Assembly: GCA_963734545.1 (NCBI GenBank)
Contig: CAVTHO010000010.1
Location: forward strand, 64,001-128,000
From: an uncultured Spirochaetota bacterium
GTDB taxonomy: Bacteria; Spirochaetota; Spirochaetia; SZUA-6; Fen-1364
DNA: 64,000 nt
Reading direction: 5' to 3'
Position 1 is the stretch's first letter, and each line of letters begins with the position of its first letter. Shown in pieces: positions 61,553 to 64,000 of the stretch. The notes under the pieces are model-generated. The model was given only the letters and a program-made list of their open reading frames with translations, searched no databases and had not been told where the DNA came from. A program made the translations under genes and the position numbers.

Positions 61553-61586
61553 CTTTCATTCACTTTTGGATTGGCAAACTTGATCT

Positions 61587-61615
61587 ATTAAATCCCCGTG
61601 CCCCGGTCCTGTCAA
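61587..61615 (-). promoter_or_regulatory. Near-consensus sigma70 promoter for the giant gene
   Basis: Minus strand TTGACA (61615-61610), 17-bp spacer, TTTAAT (61592-61587), with an AT-rich UP-like tract at 61616-61638. Confidence 0.8.
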
Positions 61616-61686
61616 TAAAAATGTTTCTTCTATTATAAGCGACGACACGTTGCGGATCGGAAATGCAGGCGCTGGCGGTCAGCGGC

Positions 61687-62640
61687 CTATGGGATGGCGG
61701 CGATCCGACCTGCCTCCTCCGACAGGCTCCTCAGGGCGTCACGCAGCTCCGGCGGCTCCTTCACCACGAAGCGCAGGCTCAAGCCCATGAGGTAGCGTGA
61801 CGCGTAGTCCAGGTCATCGATCGGCCAGTCGAATGCCACGCCCTCCGCAATCTTCGTGAGGATCCCCCAGGAGGAGGGGATCCTCCTGCGCAGCCGGGCA
61901 AGCTCCGTTTCGAAAACCACCCTGATCCGCCACCTGGCCCGCGTGTTTTCCAGGTACTCGATGGCATAGGCGCGGAAATCGAACTTTTCGTTCTTGTGAA
62001 AGCGTTCCTCGAGAGGACGGGTCTTTCTCATCCGGTCCAGCCGAAATGTCCGGTAGTCCTCCCGCAGGCGACAGTATCCGACGAGGTACCATCTGCCCCG
62101 CCTGCCGACGAGACCGTACGGCTCCACGACCCTGTGAGTGAGCTGGTCATTCTCCGAGCGATAGGTGATCTGCACGCATTGCCGTGCCTGGATGCTCTCG
62201 CTCAGGAGGATGAGCAGGGAGGCATCGGGCCGGGGCTCGTCCCGGTAGGGCGAGAGAATCGCCAGGGAGGAAATTCCGTTCACGACCTGTCGCGCCCCCT
62301 GGGGCAGGACCCGGGTGATCTTGGAGAGCGCCGCCTCGACAACTGCCGGGGACTGCCCGATCTCCAGCCATGAGCTTCCCAGCAGCCCGAGCACGATGGC
62401 GGCTGCCTCCTCCTCGCTGAACATGAGCGGCGGCAGCTTGTAGCCTGCCCGCAGCCGGTAGCCGCCATACCGGCCGCGTGTCGCCTCGACCGGTATCCCC
62501 ACGTCCTGCAGCTTGGTGACGTATCGGCGCACGGTGCGCACGTCGGTTTCCAGCCGTGCGGCGAGCTCCGGGCCGGTCAGGTTCGGCCGTGATTGCAGGA
62601 GCTCGAGAACCGTCAGGACCCGGCCTGTCGGATGGTACAT
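61687..62640 (-). CDS. HTH-WYL-WCX transcriptional regulator (YafY/PafB-like)
   Basis: HTH_11 (ELAARLETDVRTVRRYV), GRYGGYRL, LPPLMF, RVVEPYGLV...WYLVGYCRLREDYRTFRLDR. Confidence 0.96.
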   Translation of the reverse strand: MYHPTGRVLTVLELLQSRPNLTGPELAARLETDVRTVRRYVTKLQDVGIPVEATRGRYGGYRLRAGYKLPPLMFSEEEAAAIVLGLLGSSWLEIGQSPAVVEAALSKITRVLPQGARQVVNGISSLAILSPYRDEPRPDASLLILLSESIQARQCVQITYRSENDQLTHRVVEPYGLVGRRGRWYLVGYCRLREDYRTFRLDRMRKTRPLEERFHKNEKFDFRAYAIEYLENTRARWRIRVVFETELARLRRRIPSSWGILTKIAEGVAFDWPIDDLDYASRYLMGLSLRFVVKEPPELRDALRSLSEEAGRIAAIP

Positions 62641-62689
62641 GTCAGGCGGCCTCCCGGGCTCTACGGATTCTTTTCATGCCCGATTAATA

Positions 62690-62722
62690 AGGACCGATTC
62701 TGTCCTCTTTCAACAGTACACT
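62690..62722 (+). promoter_or_regulatory. Palindromic WYL-regulator operator plus -10 box of the divergent gene
   Basis: AGGAC-N7-GTCCT at 62690-62706, followed by TACACT at 62717-62722, in the gap between the WYL gene and the divergent ORF. Confidence 0.65.
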
Positions 62723-62755
62723 CTCACCGGATGCCGGTCAAGAAGGGGGATCGCG

Positions 62756-62977
62756 ATGTACCACAACTGGTACGAGGTCTACATGAATGCCAGGCAGAAG
62801 CAGGAGGATCTCTACCGGCGATCGGACGAAGCGCGGCGCGCCGATGAGGCCCGCAGGAGCCGGAAGGAGCAGAGAAAGCAGGCGCGCGCGCGGCGGTTGC
62901 ACTCGCGCACGGCCTCGGCCGCGCGCGAACCGACCATCTTCGACCGCCTCCAGAGTGTGGAAAAGCACATGGAATAG
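62756..62977 (+). CDS. Small Arg-rich helical protein, 73 aa, function unknown
   Basis: AAGGGGGA RBS; MYHNWYEVYMNARQKQEDLYRRSDEARRADEARR...; divergent from the WYL gene. Confidence 0.65.
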   Translation: MYHNWYEVYMNARQKQEDLYRRSDEARRADEARRSRKEQRKQARARRLHSRTASAAREPTIFDRLQSVEKHME

Positions 62978-62980
62978 CCG

Positions 62981-63898
62981 CTATGGGGCGCTATCCCATT
63001 GATCTCCAAGGACTTGATCGATTGCGTACCTGGATATGGCGGCAAGCGGGGGGTGAGTGTTCTGGTAGTAGGGCAGCGCAATTGCTCCGATGGACAGCGC
63101 CCAGCCGCGACCACGAGCCCACATTGCCTCATCGACCGCCAATTCCCGGCGAAATGTCCGCCGGGCCCTGGTGGAGAGGAAATTCCACGCTACCGCCAGG
63201 TCGCATGCGGGATCACCCACGCCCAGACAGCCAAAGTCGATGACGGCACAGAGCCGGCCTCTCCGCGCGAGCAGATTGCCGGTTTGCAGGTCTCCATGGA
63301 TCCAGACGGGTGGACCACTCCATGCAGGTGCCTGGAGTGCGGCTTTCCACGCCGTGATCGCCGCGTCGGCATCGAGCGTGCTGCGAAGCGCCTCGATCGC
63401 CGCTCGCGTCGAAGAGTCCCTCGTTCGCAGCGACACTCCGCGGAAAGAGTTGTGAGGACCGGGGACGGGTCCATCGGCGGTATCAATCCGTCGGAGGGCA
63501 GCAATGAACCCTGCCAGGTCCGTCGCGACCTGGCTCGAATTCGCCATGCTCTCGACGGCAGCGTTCTGGCCCTCGAGCCACCTGTAGACGGACCAGCGCC
63601 AGGGGTAGCCCTCGCCCGGTATCCCCTTCCCGAGCGGCACGGGGACAGCAAGAGGCAGGAGCGGGCCGAGCCTCGGAAGCCACTTGAGCTCCTTGTCCAC
63701 CTGCCCCACGGCCGAGGGTATTCGGGGCAGTCGCACTACCTTGTCGTCTCCGAGACGATAAAGCGCATTATCGGTTCCCGCGGATTGCACGGGCTCGATG
63801 GGAAGGTCCGCCCACTGAGGAAACTGCGCCGCAAGCAGACTGCGCACAAGAGATGGATCGGTGTCCTGCTCGTCAACGTGCATCCTGCCGGGAGGCAT
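62981..63898 (-). CDS. Aminoglycoside phosphotransferase (APH)/choline kinase-like family protein
   Basis: SAGTDNALYRLG, VVRLPR, WIHGDL..GNLL, AVIDFG..GVGDPACDL. Confidence 0.93.
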   Translation of the reverse strand: MPPGRMHVDEQDTDPSLVRSLLAAQFPQWADLPIEPVQSAGTDNALYRLGDDKVVRLPRIPSAVGQVDKELKWLPRLGPLLPLAVPVPLGKGIPGEGYPWRWSVYRWLEGQNAAVESMANSSQVATDLAGFIAALRRIDTADGPVPGPHNSFRGVSLRTRDSSTRAAIEALRSTLDADAAITAWKAALQAPAWSGPPVWIHGDLQTGNLLARRGRLCAVIDFGCLGVGDPACDLAVAWNFLSTRARRTFRRELAVDEAMWARGRGWALSIGAIALPYYQNTHPPLAAISRYAIDQVLGDQWDSAP

Positions 63899-63916
63899 AG
63901 CGGCCGTCCGTGCCGT

Positions 63917-64000
63917 CTAGGAACCGGCGGTAATCCGCACAGAGATCTCCTTTTCGAAGCGTCCGGTCACCATCAAGACAAGATCATCACCGCGGGTAGC
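63917..64000 (-). CDS. Possible 3' end of an upstream gene, truncated by window edge
   Basis: Open frame ATRGDDLVLMVTGRFEKEISVRITAGS* ending 18 bp before the APH start; too short to identify. Confidence 0.35.
   Translation of the reverse strand, partial: ATRGDDLVLMVTGRFEKEISVRITAGS

Noticed and set aside
61596-61612. AGGACCG in the giant-gene promoter spacer as a second WYL operator
   Set aside because: Only one half-site matches; there is no GTCCT partner at the right spacing.
62981-63898. APH gene as a bona fide antibiotic-resistance determinant
   Set aside because: It belongs to the broad APH/choline-kinase-like family; the substrate cannot be assigned from motifs and there is no mobile context.
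1-64000. rRNA, tRNA, integrase, transposase or prophage genes
   Set aside because: None recognised; intergenic gaps are short and show no such signatures by eye.

Overview
High-GC bacterial window, probably from a motile anaerobe: it carries a glycyl-radical enzyme, an MCP, and BMP-type and lipoprotein genes. A Spirochaetia-like host is only an inference. Left 17 kb, in order: the end of a glycyl-radical enzyme, its activase and a tandem split-barrel flavoprotein; a CPH-type P1B copper ATPase; a CBM-GH10 xylanase; an operon of a histidine kinase with a NIDO-like sensor, a sigma54 activator and a GH26-BMP fusion, divergent from a sigma54 promoter driving a small lipoprotein; then an MCP and an Fe-S aldo-keto reductase. 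Positions 17588-61552 (minus strand, ~44 kb) form one giant LEPR-XLL/RTX surface-protein locus of ~14,650 aa if three +1 breaks are corrected; the largest intact ORF is 12,450 aa. It sits behind a near-consensus sigma70 promoter and contains two apparently dead metallopeptidase modules, a peptidoglycan-binding domain, an unfamiliar Leu-rich helical repeat, RTX nonamers, 11 flagellin-IN-like repeats, an EPN C-type lectin on a putative beta-ribbon stalk, a ~810-aa coiled coil, PKD/cadherin/Ig domains, 297-bp tandem repeats and a His/Trp/Cys-rich tail. Right end: an HTH-WYL regulator with a palindromic operator in front of a small divergent gene, and an APH-family kinase. All six frame breaks in the window are +1, so some or all may be sequencing or assembly errors. 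Domain calls are by-eye motif recognition, not database searches.
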